Notes under the pieces: generated by a model
Databases searched by the model: none
What the model saw: only the letters and a program-made list of their open reading frames with translations
What the model was told of the DNA's origin: nothing
Shown: positions 1-12,408 of the stretch, piece after piece
Layout of the letters: each line of letters opens with the position of its first letter
How positions within the stretch are numbered: position 1 is the stretch's first letter
Source of the DNA: the human T2T-CHM13v2.0 reference genome, Homo sapiens
Direction: 5' to 3' (one strand)
NCBI RefSeq assembly: GCF_009914755.1
Contig: NC_060930.1
Length of the DNA stretch: 64,000 bases
Made by a program: the position numbers and the translations under genes

Positions 1-1404
1 TTGGTTTAAAGTCTTGGTCTAGTAAGTCCAATGACTTGGCTTCCTTAGGGACAGGTTCTGCTGATGTATTTTTTTCTGCAAATGGGCCACTTTCTTAAAC
101 TTCTAAATACCTCAAGAATTTTCACTGAAAACTGAACACTTTGAATACAACAATCTAGTAACTCTGGATACCATATTCTTTCCACTCCCCAGAGTTTCTT
201 GTTGCCACTTGAGGATGGAGTTGTTTCTTAGTGACTTTTCTAAACTATTGTTAAGCTGTTCTTTGTCATGTGTGGTCACTAAAATCTATTCTGTTAGCTT
301 CATGGTCAGCTAGTGATTTGACAGAGGTTTCCTTAAACAGCTGGAGCCAAAAAAATAAATAATTAATGCCCTCCCAGGCTTTGCAGATGGACTCTGAGTT
401 GGGACACTTCTTCAACACTTAACCAGGCAGTTTAGACGTCCACCTTAACCTTCACTGGCTGCTTACTTGGAGGCTAAAGATCACCCAGAGGTAAAAGCCT
501 AAGGTCATCTCAGGTCTTTTTAAAGAATGTGGGCATCCAGGGCTAAATATCCAGTGTTTAGCCCTGGCCATGTATGTGACATTCTGATTTCCTCAGTATA
601 TGCGGGATATTTTGAAAGCCATATTGCCTTATGTATCTCCATCTCCAGCCTCTACCTCCCTAGGCTTTTCAGTCTGTCTGCTGTTAACCCATCCATCATT
701 CCATGCCCCAGGCATCTGTGACTAGTATTTGCCTTTAAATGCTTTTGACAAACATTGCTATGGAGACCTCTCCAATCTTAATAAAGTTCCAAGAGGAGTG
801 AAGCAAAGACCAGCCTCTAAGCTGATCTTTTTGGGGGCTATCATGCATGTCAAAGGACACAAACACAATTCTTTGAAAAGAAAGTTCATTTTGCCTTTTC
901 TGGCATCAGGAAACTACACCAGGAATGTGGGACACCGTCCCCATGGCTGCCTCATAGCTGAGGGTGTGGGGGTGGGAGTGAGTAGGTGGCTAAGGAATAG
1001 TGGCACATGCTCTCCTACCAAAATCTAGAGCTCCTTTTTCATTAAGCACTACTTTGGTTGTTGTAAAAAAAAAAAAAATTCATAGACTCCAGAGTACAGA
1101 AAAACTTAATTTTGATAGTTTTTTTCCAGGTTAATAGTTGCTTTAGTTGGGGAATGTGTTGTTGGAGTTCTCTACCATTTTTGGTGAAGGCATTACAGTT
1201 GTCTTTTAATAAGATTTTAAAATTATGAAAAAATCTTATGTATCTACCCATGTGCTTACCATTTCTGGTGCTCTTCATTACATATTTGCTTTTGGTATAA
1301 TTTTCTTTTTGCCTGAAGGACTGAAACACTTATTACAGTTCGTGTCTGCTGGTTATGTATTTTTTCACTCCCTATAAGTCTAAAATCCCTTTTTTTATAG
1401 ATAT

Positions 1405-1520
1405 CTTTAGAGTCTGTTAAGTAGCTTGATGCAATCATTACACATGGTATACATATATCAGTACATCACACAGTACCTCATGAATGTATTATTATATGTC
1501 AATTAAAATTATACATATAT
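1405..1520 (+). mobile_element. Old L1 (L1MA-type) 3' end fragment within an L1-derived AT-rich stretch
   Basis: 'tagcttgatgcaatcattacacatggtatacatatatcagtacatcaca...tgtcaattaaaa' resembles L1MA 3' UTR ends. Confidence 0.55.
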
Positions 1521-1894
1521 ATATGTTTTTAAAAGGTTTTTTTTCTGGAAATAGAATCTAGTTTGACAGCAGTTGTCTTTCAGAACTTTAGCGATGTTGG
1601 TCATCTGTCCCTCATTTGCATTGTTTCCAATGAAATAACTGCTGTCATCTTTATTATTCTTCTTATGTGTTGTGTTTTGTGTTTTTCATTTTTGCTTTCT
1701 GCTTTTTCAATTTTCTCTCCTTCTCTGGTTTTGAACAAATACATGTTACTCTCACTCACAACTATAAAGCGAACTTAGGAAACAATCTATAGGGAGAGTT
1801 TGTTGATGATTGGTTATACATTTTCAGAAACAGTTGTTTATTCCTTCCTTTACAAAGGCTAATTTCCTTAGAATATTATTGTATTGAAGAATGT

Positions 1895-2135
1895 CATAAA
1901 TAATTTTATTTGTCACCTGGACCTGGTGCCAAGATACGTGGTCAAGCATTATTCTGGATGATTTTTTTAGGATGTTTCTTGGATATGATTAACATATAAA
2001 TTGCTATACTTTGAGTAAAGTAGATTGACCTCTATAATGTGGACAGGCTTCATTCAATTCATTGAAGGTGTAAATTGAATGAAACACTGACCTTCCCCAA
2101 GCAAGATGGAATTCTGTCCTGGGATTTGAACTGCA
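1895..2135 (+). mobile_element. MLT2-type (ERVL) LTR fragment
   Basis: 'taattttatttgtcacctggac...gtcaagcattattctggatg...gtaaagtagattgaccctctataatgtgg' matches MLT2 LTR motifs. Confidence 0.6.
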
Positions 2136-2997
2136 GTATCAGTCACCTGACCCATAAAGAGCTGGTTGGTTTGTGTACAGCATTTGCAAGATGAATGGAC
2201 AACACCCTGTTTGGAAGTCTACCCCTTTGATCAAAGAAGATAAAAACAGAACAGCTCTTGTGGGCTGAATTGCAGGGTGTTTTCTTAGCAGTGATGGAAG
2301 AATTGAACAACGATAAAAGCTCCTATGTTTTAGTTTTACTGACTTATGGGCAGTGACTGATGGCCTGGCCATATAATTAATTAAGAAAGCAGTGGAAAAC
2401 TGGCCTATGAAAAGAATGCCCATATGAGACACAGTCCTATGGAAATCACTATGGTAATTTGAGGGGTGCATTAACGTAAGACATGTTGATGCCTGATATA
2501 GATTGGATGTTGTCCCCACCCAAATCTCATGTCGAGATGTAATTCCCAGTGTTGGAGTTGGGGTCTGGTGGGAGGTGACTCAATCATGGGGTGGTTTCTC
2601 ATGAATGGTTTAGTACCATCCCCTCAGTGCTGTTCAATACCCATCAGAATAACTCCCTTCCAGGTTTGGAAGGTGATTGAAATCAACAAGCATTTATCTC
2701 TAAGTGCTTGCCAGGTGCACCTGTAGTCCCAGCTATGACAGTGTCTGAGGCAGAAGGATATCTTGAGTACAGGCATTTGGGTTTAGCCTGAGAAATATTT
2801 GAGTCTAGCCTGGGAAACATATCAAGACCACATCTCAAAAAAATTTACATTTGCTTGTGAAGATCACCGGGGTCTACGAAATAAGTAGACACTGAGGCTG
2901 TAGCAATGCAGAGATGGGCTGAATCAAGACATACTCCCCTTGCATCCCCCACCTCTAATAAGCACAAAATACTCAGTAAAACTGTTCTTTTTAACAA

Positions 2998-3302
2998 GAC
3001 TGGGCACAGTGGCTCACACCTGTAATCCCAGCACTTTGGCAGGCCAAGGTGGGTAGATCACTTGAGATCAGGAGTTTGAGACCAGCCTGGCCAACATGGC
3101 GAAACCCTGTCTCAACTAAAACTACATCAATTAGCCAGGCATGGTGGTGCACGCCTGTAATTCCAGCTACTCAGGAAACTGAGGCAGGACAATGGCTTGA
3201 ACCTGGGAGGCAGAGGCTGCAGTGAGCCGAGATGGCGCCACTATACTGCACCCAGGGCAACAGAGCAAGACTGTGTCTCAAAAGAAGAAAAAAAAAGAAG
3301 TA
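2998..3302 (+). mobile_element. Alu (S-type)
   Basis: Full dimer with A tail; TSD ttctttttaacaa / ttctctttaacaa. Confidence 0.9.
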
Positions 3303-3687
3303 TTCTCTTTAACAAGAAAAGAGACAGAGACAGAGACCAAAAAAAAAAAAAAAAAATGTGAATGGGAGGTATTGCCACCATGTGGACCACTGAGCCACAT
3401 TACACTAGGAAACACACTTGCCCAGAATGTCCAACAATGGTCAGAGAAATTTGTTCCTCAGAAGAAGAGTTTCAGAGAGAATTAAAATAGTCATTTGAAA
3501 CATTGAGTGTATAAATCAGGAGCGGGGAGACATAAGCATGAAGGGCGGGCCTATACACCTTCATGAGTGTGCTCGCTCTTGACATGAGTGTGGACAAAGG
3601 AATGTCCCCACTAGAGAGTGTCCTCTTTTTCCCTGCTGGATCAGGGAAAGGTGCTGGTGTGATTCTACATACAATTCTTCCCTAAAA

Positions 3688-3692
3688 AATAA

Positions 3693-3731
<39 letters not shown>

Positions 3732-3733
3732 AA
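3688..3733 (+). repeat. (TAAA)n microsatellite
   Basis: Direct reading. Confidence 0.95.
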
Positions 3734-4452
3734 ACAATCCTTCCCAAGGCCAGAAGACACTAGAATTATGACTATACTTTACCTCAACTTGCTTTTCTCA
3801 TACCTGATGCAGTGGTCTCAGGACTAGGGATGCAAATAAAAGTCCAGGCACAGGAATTATTCCTGAGCAAGAAACCGTTAACATATTTAAAAACCATTAT
3901 GCAAGACTGCCTAAGGGCCTGGAGTAGATGTGCCTTCACTGCATCTGGCAAAGTTGGAGCTAACATTGAATGCAGCTGTATTGCCTGGAAGCCAGATAGC
4001 CAACCAGTTCTCTGCCTGAATAACCCTAACCTCTATGAACTGGAATGGACTGATGGGAGACACTCGCTGTTACTAGCATGGTATAGCTCCCTGCATAGGC
4101 CAGCACAGCAGGAAAACCTAATGTCCCTTCCAAAATGAGAAATATTTGGTATAAATGCAGAAGAGGAAGAATAGTAGCTGAGGTGAAATGAATGAATAAA
4201 TGGGGTATGTAATGAGGAAAATCCAATATAACATGATCTCCTCAAAAGAGGTATAAACGAATGATGATATTGTCTTTTATCTCATTTTTACCAGATGTCT
4301 GAAAGGTTGAAGCCATATGTTGCTGAGACCATTGCTATTTTTGGACTGCAATGGGCGAATTGATAATGACTAAACAGGACTCTGGTAATGGGCCAGTATC
4401 TTTTTACTGCTATGATTCTTCTGCTATAGGAGATCTGTGGTTGGCCAAGCAA

Positions 4453-4755
4453 AGGGGCTCACATTTATAATTTCACCACTTTGAGAGGCCATGGTGGGAA
4501 GATTGCTTTTGAGGCCAACAGTTGCAGAACAGCCTGGGGCACATAATGAGACTGCATTTCTACAAAATATTTAAAAATTAGTCAGCCATGGTGGTGTGCA
4601 CCTATAGTGCCAGCTGCTCAGGAGACTTGAGGCGGAAGGATCACTTGAGTCCAAGAATTTGAGGTTACAGTGAGCTATGATTGTGCCACTGCATTCTACC
4701 CTGGGCAACAGAGCAAGACATTGTCTCTAAAATAAAATAATAAATAAATAAATAG
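4453..4755 (+). mobile_element. AluJ-type element
   Basis: Diverged Alu dimer with (TAAA) tail. Confidence 0.8.
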
Positions 4756-4775
4756 AAATTATAAGAAGAAATAAT

Positions 4776-5230
4776 GTGGTTAAAGACCAGGAAGTGATCT
4801 GTGATCCAATAAATATATTTGGTCTTTGCCCCTAGTCCCTGACAGGCAGGTCCTAAAACGCTTGCAGTCCCTCAGTGATAAGCATGATTTTAATATGGCA
4901 ATGAGATGACTATGGGGTGAGGGGCTCCTAGATAGTTTCAGGATGGAGGCTGCTTGCCAGAAACACCAGCTGTGATTAGAGGATTGGAACTTTCACTGCC
5001 ATCCCCATCCTCTGGGGAAGAAAAGGGGGCTGGAAGTTGAGCTCAGTCATCAATGGCCAATGATTTCACCAATCTTGCCTACACAATGAAACTTCCATAG
5101 ACACCTCTAGACAGTGAGTTTTGGAGAACTTCCCAGTTGGTGAGCACATCCGCATGTCCACGTGCTGGGAGGACGGCACACCTCATCTCCATAGAGACAG
5201 AGGCTTCTGCGCTTATATCTTTCTGTAAGG
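4776..5230 (+). mobile_element. MER21-type LTR fragment
   Basis: 'aataaatatatttggtctttgcccc...gtgattagaggattggaactttca' resembles MER21. Confidence 0.55.
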
Positions 5231-5299
5231 CAGACACCCTTGTTTCTAGGAGGGACCTAGCGTGGACTGTGGATTCTTTCTCTGGGGCAAATAAAAATG

Positions 5300-5656
5300 T
5301 AGAATCAGAAAATTCAGGCACTTTGCACTCCTCATGGGACACTCCAGCAGCACTCACGTGACCATCCTGAGAATGGACAGGACACCTGAGGTGGGGAAGG
5401 GAGCACAGAACCCAGACACCAGCCTGGACACAGGCACCTGGGATAATCTCCTATTCCTTGGAAAGTTCCAGTATCTGAGGGAGGAACAGTGACTTCTGGT
5501 CCTGACCTGAGTGGAGACCGAGGGACTCAGAAGAGCTGGAATCAGACCCCCACACACACTGAGTATGAGTCAGAGAACAAGGCCTGAGAGAAAAAGTCAC
5601 AGTGCCCAAGACTGCTGCAGGGGTCAAAGGGGACTGCTGATCAGTGTTCCAGGGAT
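5300..5656 (-). pseudogene. HLA-X: HLA class I gene fragment (3' part of intron 3, inverted); probably the HLA-X locus
   Basis: Reverse complement reads like HLA-B/C intron 3 ('ggaataggagattatcccaggtgcctgtgtccaggctggtgtctgggttctgtg...gcaaagtgcctgaattttctga') and stops just before the exon 4 acceptor; symbol assigned by position. Confidence 0.7.
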
Positions 5657-5899
5657 TTGCTCCAGATTAATCTGAGTCATGGAAAAACTGCCTTTCTTTT
5701 GTTTCTAAACAAATACCTGCAAAGACAAAAGACCACATAAATCCCCAGATGCACAACTTTTTCAGATTTAAAGAAAAAACAACCCCCGTCTTTCCCTCCA
5801 TTCCCAGGAGAAGCTCACTCTGTGGCATCAAGCTGCCTGGGTGAGCTCTCTTCTAGAAGAGTCCAGGGGGACAGGCAAGGAATGGGAGGCAGGAAGTCC

Positions 5900-6340
5900 A
5901 GTTCAGGGAGGGGGATTCTGGGATGAAAAGTGAAGGGAGAGGGACTGAGCCCATGCTGAGGGTTTTTCTCTGGTTTCTCAGACAGCTCCGGGGCCAAGAT
6001 TCGGGGAGACATTGAGACAGAGCGTTTGATATAAAAGAAGGGGGTAAGAGCCAAGTCCCAGGGCCCGGAGCTTGGCTCTCTGGGCTTCAGGCCCCGAGGG
6101 CGGTGCCTGGGATGGGCCGGCTCAGCTTTGGGGTTTCCCGAGCTCCTCTCTCTCTCTTCCACCTTTCCCAACCTGTGTCAGGTCCTTTTACCTGGATACT
6201 CATGATGCGGCCTCAGTTCTCACTTCCATTGGGTGTTGGGTTCCTAGATCAGCCAATCAGTGTCGCCGCGGTTCCTGGTTCTAAAGTCCTCGCCGGCCCA
6301 CCGGGACTCAGATTCTCCCCAGACGCCAAGGTTGCGGGTC
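5900..6340 (+). promoter_or_regulatory. HLA class I-type promoter driving HCP5
   Basis: IRF-like GAAAAGTGAA 5925-5934; kappaB GGGGTTTCCC 6130-6139; S box CAACCT ~6169; X1 CCTGGATACT 6191-6200; decayed X2 CATGATGC; Y box ATTGG 6228-6232; CCAAT 6253-6257; class I TATA variant TCTAAA 6280-6285. Confidence 0.9.
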
Positions 6341-8934
6341 ATGGAGTCCCGAACCCTCCTCCTGCTGTTCTCGGGAGCCGTGGCCCTGATCCAGACCTGG
6401 GCAGGTGAGTGCGGGGTCGGGAGGGAAAAGGCCTCTGCGGGAAGGAGCGAGGGGCCCGCCCGGAGGAGTAAATCTGCACATATATTTAATTACAGATTAC
6501 AATTACAATCAAGGCAGAAATGATCTCATTTTTACATTACAACTCTGGAAAAGGCAATAGACTGAGATGCAAGTGTGCCCCCAAGTGATGGGCAGAAGGA
6601 GAGAAGGTGTTTTGGATGCATTCTAGAACACAGGTAATCTAAGGAGAGTTGATCAAGGCCGTGGAAGAGTCCTCCAGCCACTATTGGCCATCAAAGGAGT
6701 CCTCTGTGTCCCAGGAATGGTCCTGCTTTGGTGTCCCTGGTGTGACCCATCACCCGCTGGGAACAGCCTGAGAGAAGTAGGGCCTCTGCACCAATGCTGC
6801 TGAGGATGTCAGAGCACAGGAACGAGGCCTTGGGAAATTACCTGGAAATGCGACTGAAATCTTCCTTCCTGAGGGGTCTGGGCTCTTGGAAATCAAACCC
6901 TCTCAGGTTGGGTGGCTGGACGATTCTCCTCACACTTACAATGGGACAAGGGGAACCAGGAGGCCCCCAAGGGGATCCCTGGGTTCCACACGAACTCCTC
7001 CTACCCTCATTGTGTGACAGCAGCCATGCCTCCTCCTGGGGATCAGGATCTATTACCTGTGCCTGGAGAGGAGGGGACTCCTCTTCTCACCCGCTGGTCT
7101 CTGGACACATACTGTCCAATTCCCCTGTGGCAGCTGTAATGTGTAGTTCAATGGGCACTCATTTGTCCCCTTTTAAGGGTACCCTCCTTTAGAATCCAGG
7201 ACCTTCTACCCTGCAGAGTGTGGTTTTGGGAGAGAAGTGCAAAATCCCACGACAGGTGAGTTGAAGGAATGGGATATGGAGCCACATCCACTTCCACCCC
7301 TTGGTATCTGGACCCACGTGTTCTTCCTACTGAGATTACAGAACTGTAGAGATGTCTTTGATTTTTAAAATGCACCATGTCCTGAAAGATGGCACCCTCC
7401 CACCCGCAGAGTGCTTCCTGCAAGCTGGCGTTGAGCTGTGCCTATAGAAGCTCTTTTCAACATTCTTTATGGTCAGCAGCCCTTGGTTGGTGCAGATGGT
7501 GATAGGACCAGTGGGTCCCACAGCATGGCCACACTGCACCTCCTTCGCTGTCAAGTGGGTCCCCCACGAAGATACTGCACGGAGAGCAGTGCCAAGCCTG
7601 TGGATCAGGAATATCAACAGCCCCCAGAGAGTGGTGCTGGCTGAGGGTCTGAGAGCAGGACAGGAAAACCCACCTATGGAATAGGTGCCTATCCCTGTGA
7701 AGATGAACCTCTGGCCCTTCCAGGATGGAAGGAGTGCAATGTAGTCAACTCCTCACTTAGGGTCTGGTTGGTCACCTAAAGAAATAGAGCCCTACCAGGG
7801 AAGATCATTGGGTTCAAATGCTGATGAGTAGGACATTTAGAGGTGGCAGTGTCTGGATCTACCTTGGTAGGAGGGAGTCAGTACTGTTGGACCCATAGGT
7901 AGCCTCATCCCTGCCACTGTGTTTGCTCCATTTATGTACCCATCCTACCCGGCCTGGGCTGACCCATGGGGAAGGCTGGCTAATTTCAGTGCTTCTGCTT
8001 GGTTGTTCAGGGCCATTTCAGGTTTGGGTGTTTTCTGGGGATGTTAACATGGGATTCAGGCTCAACTCACAAGAAACTTTTCCATCTCATGATGGATGCT
8101 GTTGGGCATGTCCAATGTATGACTTCATGAGTTACACAGATGCTAATTCGTAGGGGCACTTGGAATCACATGGTTGTTTTGTGTCCCATGGTCAAGCATT
8201 CTATCTTATCAGGGCCTACAGTAACATGCCAAAAGTTGCTTCCAACATATTTCTCTGCTTTGGATGGGGCATATTTCTGTGCTGTGGATGACATGGCCTT
8301 ACTCCAGAATCCCAGGCCCTCCACTGTGACTCTCCTACTGGTGCTTGGTTCAGCTCCACCCCAAATCTTACCCCACCACTGGCACTTTCAGCACCAGGGG
8401 GTCTGAAGGATGGTGACTGCGCCATGGCCTGGATCTGCTGCAGTGTCCTTTCCTGTGGAGGCTCCACTCAAAGCTGGCATCCTCCTATGTCACCTAGAGT
8501 GTGGGTCAAAGCAATACACCTACATGTAGAATGTGATGTCAGAACTCAAACAGGCTCACCAGGCAGTGTGCTTCCTTCCTTGCATGAGGATGCAAGATGC
8601 AACAGTTTGTCTTTCACATTGGAAGGGACACCCCTGGATGCCCCTAACCACTAGACCTGTAAAACTTCACTGCAGTGGCCACTTCTGAATCTCTGTAAGG
8701 TTTATTTATCTTCACCCTCTGGAGAGAAGATGTTTTACCAAAGCCTCTAGTGTACCTTCCTCCTCTTACTCATCCATCCCAGTCAACATGATGTTGTCAA
8801 TGAAATAAAGGAATTTAATATTCTATAGTATATCCAGGTTCTCCAGATCTCTTAAGACTGTACTATAGAGGCCTGGGGAATTATAATAGCCCTGAGGCAA
8901 ACTATGAATTAAAGTGTTGTGGATCCCACATGAA
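6305..8934 (+). ncRNA. HCP5: HCP5 (HLA complex P5) hybrid lncRNA; exon 1 to 6404, 91-nt intron 6405-6495, exon 2 from 6496
   Basis: HLA exon 1 ([21 protein letters not shown]) with donor GTGAGT at 6405; acceptor TTACAG at 6495; contains the HCP5 ORF; poly(A) signals AATAAA 8804-8809 and ATTAAA 8908-8913; transcript ends approximate. Confidence 0.9.
6794..7192 (+). CDS. HCP5: HCP5 132-aa ORF (MLLRMSEHRN...), antisense to HERV-16; coding status debated
   Basis: Matches the recalled HCP5 protein; Val112 codon GTG at 7127-7129. Confidence 0.65.
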   Translation: MLLRMSEHRNEALGNYLEMRLKSSFLRGLGSWKSNPLRLGGWTILLTLTMGQGEPGGPQGDPWVPHELLLPSLCDSSHASSWGSGSITCAWRGGDSSSHPLVSGHILSNSPVAAVMCSSMGTHLSPFKGTLL

Positions 8935-8952
8935 TCACTTTATATCCACTTT

Positions 8953-9352
8953 TGTGTGTGTGTGTGTGAGGCAGAGTCTTACTCTGTCACCCAGGCTGGA
9001 TTACAGGTGCACACCACCATGCCTGGCTAATGTTTTGTTTTTGGTTTTGGTTTTGTTTTTGTTTTGTTTTTGGACAGAGTTTCACTCTTTTTGCCCAGGC
9101 TGGAGTGCGATGGCATGATCTCAGCTCACCGCAATGTCCGCCTCCCAGGTTCAAGTTATTCTCCTTCCTCAGTCTCCCAAGTAGCTGAGATTAGAGGCAT
9201 GTGCCACCACGCCCGGCTAATTTGGTATTTTTAGTAGAGAGAGGTTTTCTCCATGTTGGTCAGGCTGGTCTCGAACTCCCAGCCTCAGGTGATCCGCCCT
9301 CCTCTGCCTCCCAAAGTGCTGGGATTACAGGCATGAGCCACCACACCCGGGC
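8953..9352 (-). mobile_element. Alu (partial copy plus full S-type copy) inserted in HERV-16 pol
   Basis: Antisense Alu consensus sequence with T-rich tails. Confidence 0.85.
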
Positions 9353-10833
9353 TATATCCACTTCTAATTGGAATGGAAGGGAATGCACTCACCACATCCA
9401 CAGCTGCACACTGTGTGCCTGAGGCCTTATTAATCTGCTCTACCAGATATATCCAGCCAGCATGCTAGCTGCAATCAGGACTCCTACTTGGTCACATCTG
9501 GAGTAATCCCATTCATTCCTTAGTAATCCCATTCATTCCTTAGGCTCCATCAGGCTTATTTGCTAAATTACATGGAGATAATAGGCAACCCCAACACCAC
9601 CCCACATCCTCCAGCTCTCTAATGGTGGTGCTACCCCCACAGCACTTGCAGTGCCTTCCACAAGATTCACCCTGGGACATACGATCATTTTTGATTTGGC
9701 CAGAATGGAGGCAGTTTCAGAGGTTTCCCTTTGGCCTTCAGCACAATGAGAGCCCTTACTCCACAGACTAGGGATGCAGTGTGGGGGTGACTCCAGCTGC
9801 CAGGGCATCAGTGTCAATTATGCACTAGGAGAATGGGGAGATAACCAGGGCTGGGTCTGTGGACTCAGTGACCCCATGGTGAGCCGTGATGTGTCCAGGT
9901 TTATTTCGTGGTCTCCGTAATCCCCAATGTGAGGGGGTCATGATGATGCTGTGGGCCTCTGGGCATCAATGTCATCTCACACCCAAAGTCAGTACTCCCC
10001 CAAGTTCTCCCTATTTCCCTTTCCCAGGGTACAGTCTCTAAAGTAAATGGCTGTAGGTCCCTTTGCACAATGGCTCAGGGAATTGACCCAGCATACACTT
10101 GCCACAGGGTTGCAGGGTCCTTCCTCCTAGGAATATGGACACCTCCTCCGTCACTGGGTTCTGAATCTGAAGCTTGGCTGAGATCTAGGCACTGAGAATG
10201 GATCATGATTTTGTATTGGTTCAAACACCCTCAGCCTCCTGCTCCTCAATTCTTGCTTTCTTATCATAGATACCAAGCAGTGCTCTTGCTGGCTGCCCTT
10301 CTGTTCTGACCCTGGGACACCACCCTCTATTAACCTTACCCACAACTGCAGGCAGGTCAAGCCCCCTCGGCTGCTCCTCTGGGGTTGCCATGGTAACCGT
10401 GTCCTCTGGCTTTTGCAGGTCACTGCCACCACTATGTTCTCTATCTCTTCAGGGCCACACCCTCTCCGTGGATATTAATGAGCCCAACTCTGGGACATCT
10501 TTTCCTACCATCACCCTCAGCCTTCAGAGAACAATACAATGAAACTTCTTAGTGATGCAGGTCCCTGTTGCCAGCACGTTCCTGAGGCTCTGGTGGAAGG
10601 TGGGCCCCCTGGGTCCTCTTATAAAGCACGGTTCCGGTGGGCTTTCCGGCCTCACGTAATGTCTCCATCCCACAGGCCAAATTCCCCCAGCCTCATTATT
10701 CCCTCTTCTACATGTTCCGGGGCAACTAAGTCAGGTCTAGCTTGTGAGATACCGGCATCATTTTTTCCCAGTCTACATGGATCACCCCAGCAGTGGGTTT
10801 GCCCCATGCCCTGGGGTCTTTGAAAAACCCATG

Positions 10834-11176
10834 TGATACGGTTGGCTGTGTCCCCAACCAAATCTCGTCTTGAATTTCCACGTGTTGTGGGAGGGACCAG
10901 GAGGGAAGCAATTAAATCATGGGGGCAGGTCTTTCCCATGCTGTTCTCATGATAGTGAATAAGTCTCATGAGATCTGATGGTTTTAAAAGGAGAAATCCC
11001 TTTCGCTTGGTTCTCATTCTTCTCTTATCTGCTGCCACGTGAGACATGGCTTTCACCTTCTGCCGTGATTCTGAGGCCTCCCTAGCCACATGGAACTGTG
11101 AGTCCATTAAACCTCTTTTGGTAAATTGCCCATTCTGGGGTATGTCTTTATCAGCAACATGAAATGGACTAATACA
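10834..11176 (+). mobile_element. THE1 solo LTR inserted in HERV-16
   Basis: TGATACGGTTGGCTGTGTCCCC...GGACTAATACA; 5-bp TSD ccatg/tcatg. Confidence 0.9.
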
Positions 11177-12145
11177 TCATGGCTTGAGAAAGTGTTCCCA
11201 AGTCAAAGGATTTTTATCTATCTAGCTTGAAATTCTGTCCCTTTGATCAAATGCCCTCAAATTCCAATCCCAGAAGTGTTCCCCAGGATCCTATGTGGAC
11301 ATGCCAGCTAGTTCCTGCAAAGCTCCTGAGTGGAATTCCTGCTGCATTATAAGGGTGAGGCTTCTGCAGCATCTTCCAGCGTAGGAAGTGGGAACCATTA
11401 CTGGAAAAGGCGAGCCTTCTCTGCATGCCCAGAGGGTACTGGAGGGCACCCATCTGATAATGCTGTCCTAGTTTGCAGAATCTCATGTTTCCCCACCAGG
11501 GCCCTGATTTTCCACAACAGGCCTGCCTTGGCTGAATGTCAAACATCTCTGGAGGTCTGTAACCCTCACAATGATATCTTCAGCTACCATTCCACACTAT
11601 CTACCCTTTCGCTACAGGAAATAAGGGCCTCTCCATGAGACACTGCAGAGGCCTCACACGTAGCCAGTGACAGCTGTTAGAATCCCTCAGATTCTCATTC
11701 TCCTTTTATAGGGCATCAACACAGCTGAGCAGTAACCAGCCAGCTTCCCTGTTGTAGGTTTTCCCTCCCACCCTGTCATTATTGTGTAGAGGCTTCTATC
11801 ACACCACCTGCCATAGCACCCGGGAACCAGGGCATCTTCTCAGGTCCGTGCTGGGGATATCCACAGCAGCTCAGCTGCACCTTGTGCCATGGACTTTCTC
11901 TGTCCCCAACCAACGTGGATGGCATTCTCGGCCTGCCAGGCAGTGGGCAAGCTCAGCCCCAATCCCCGTTTTTGTCTGTGTCTATGGACCACTCCTGAAG
12001 CCACTTGTGTTGGTTAGCATCCCCTGAGGAGCAGACTGCAATACAGAATTAAATGTGCCAGGATTTATTAGGGGAAATAGCCATGAAAGAAATTGGGGAG
12101 CAAGACAGAAAAGACTGGGAAAGCCATAAGACTGTGACGCAAGTG

Positions 12146-12408
<263 letters not shown>

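Larger units (their letters stand above)
2140..4440 (+). mobile_element. Decayed ERVL-class internal sequence (RNase H / integrase / dUTPase-like remnants), interrupted by an MST LTR piece (~2495-2635), Alus and (TAAA)n
   Basis: Degenerate 'WAELQGV...TDLWAVTDGLA' (RNase H) near 2260-2375; 'GNTLAQNVQQWS' (integrase GTHF..VQQWA) near 3408-3443. Confidence 0.55.

Noticed and set aside
7281-7302. Apparent polypurine tract plus TG LTR start on the minus strand
   Set aside because: It is coding sequence (QGVEVDVAP) at the integrase/dUTPase junction; internal ERV sequence continues to ~6825.
9502-9543. Perfect 20-bp tandem duplication (similar short duplications at ~52188-52217 and ~56216-56247)
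   Set aside because: Two-copy slippage events with no array or spacer structure; not CRISPR-like.
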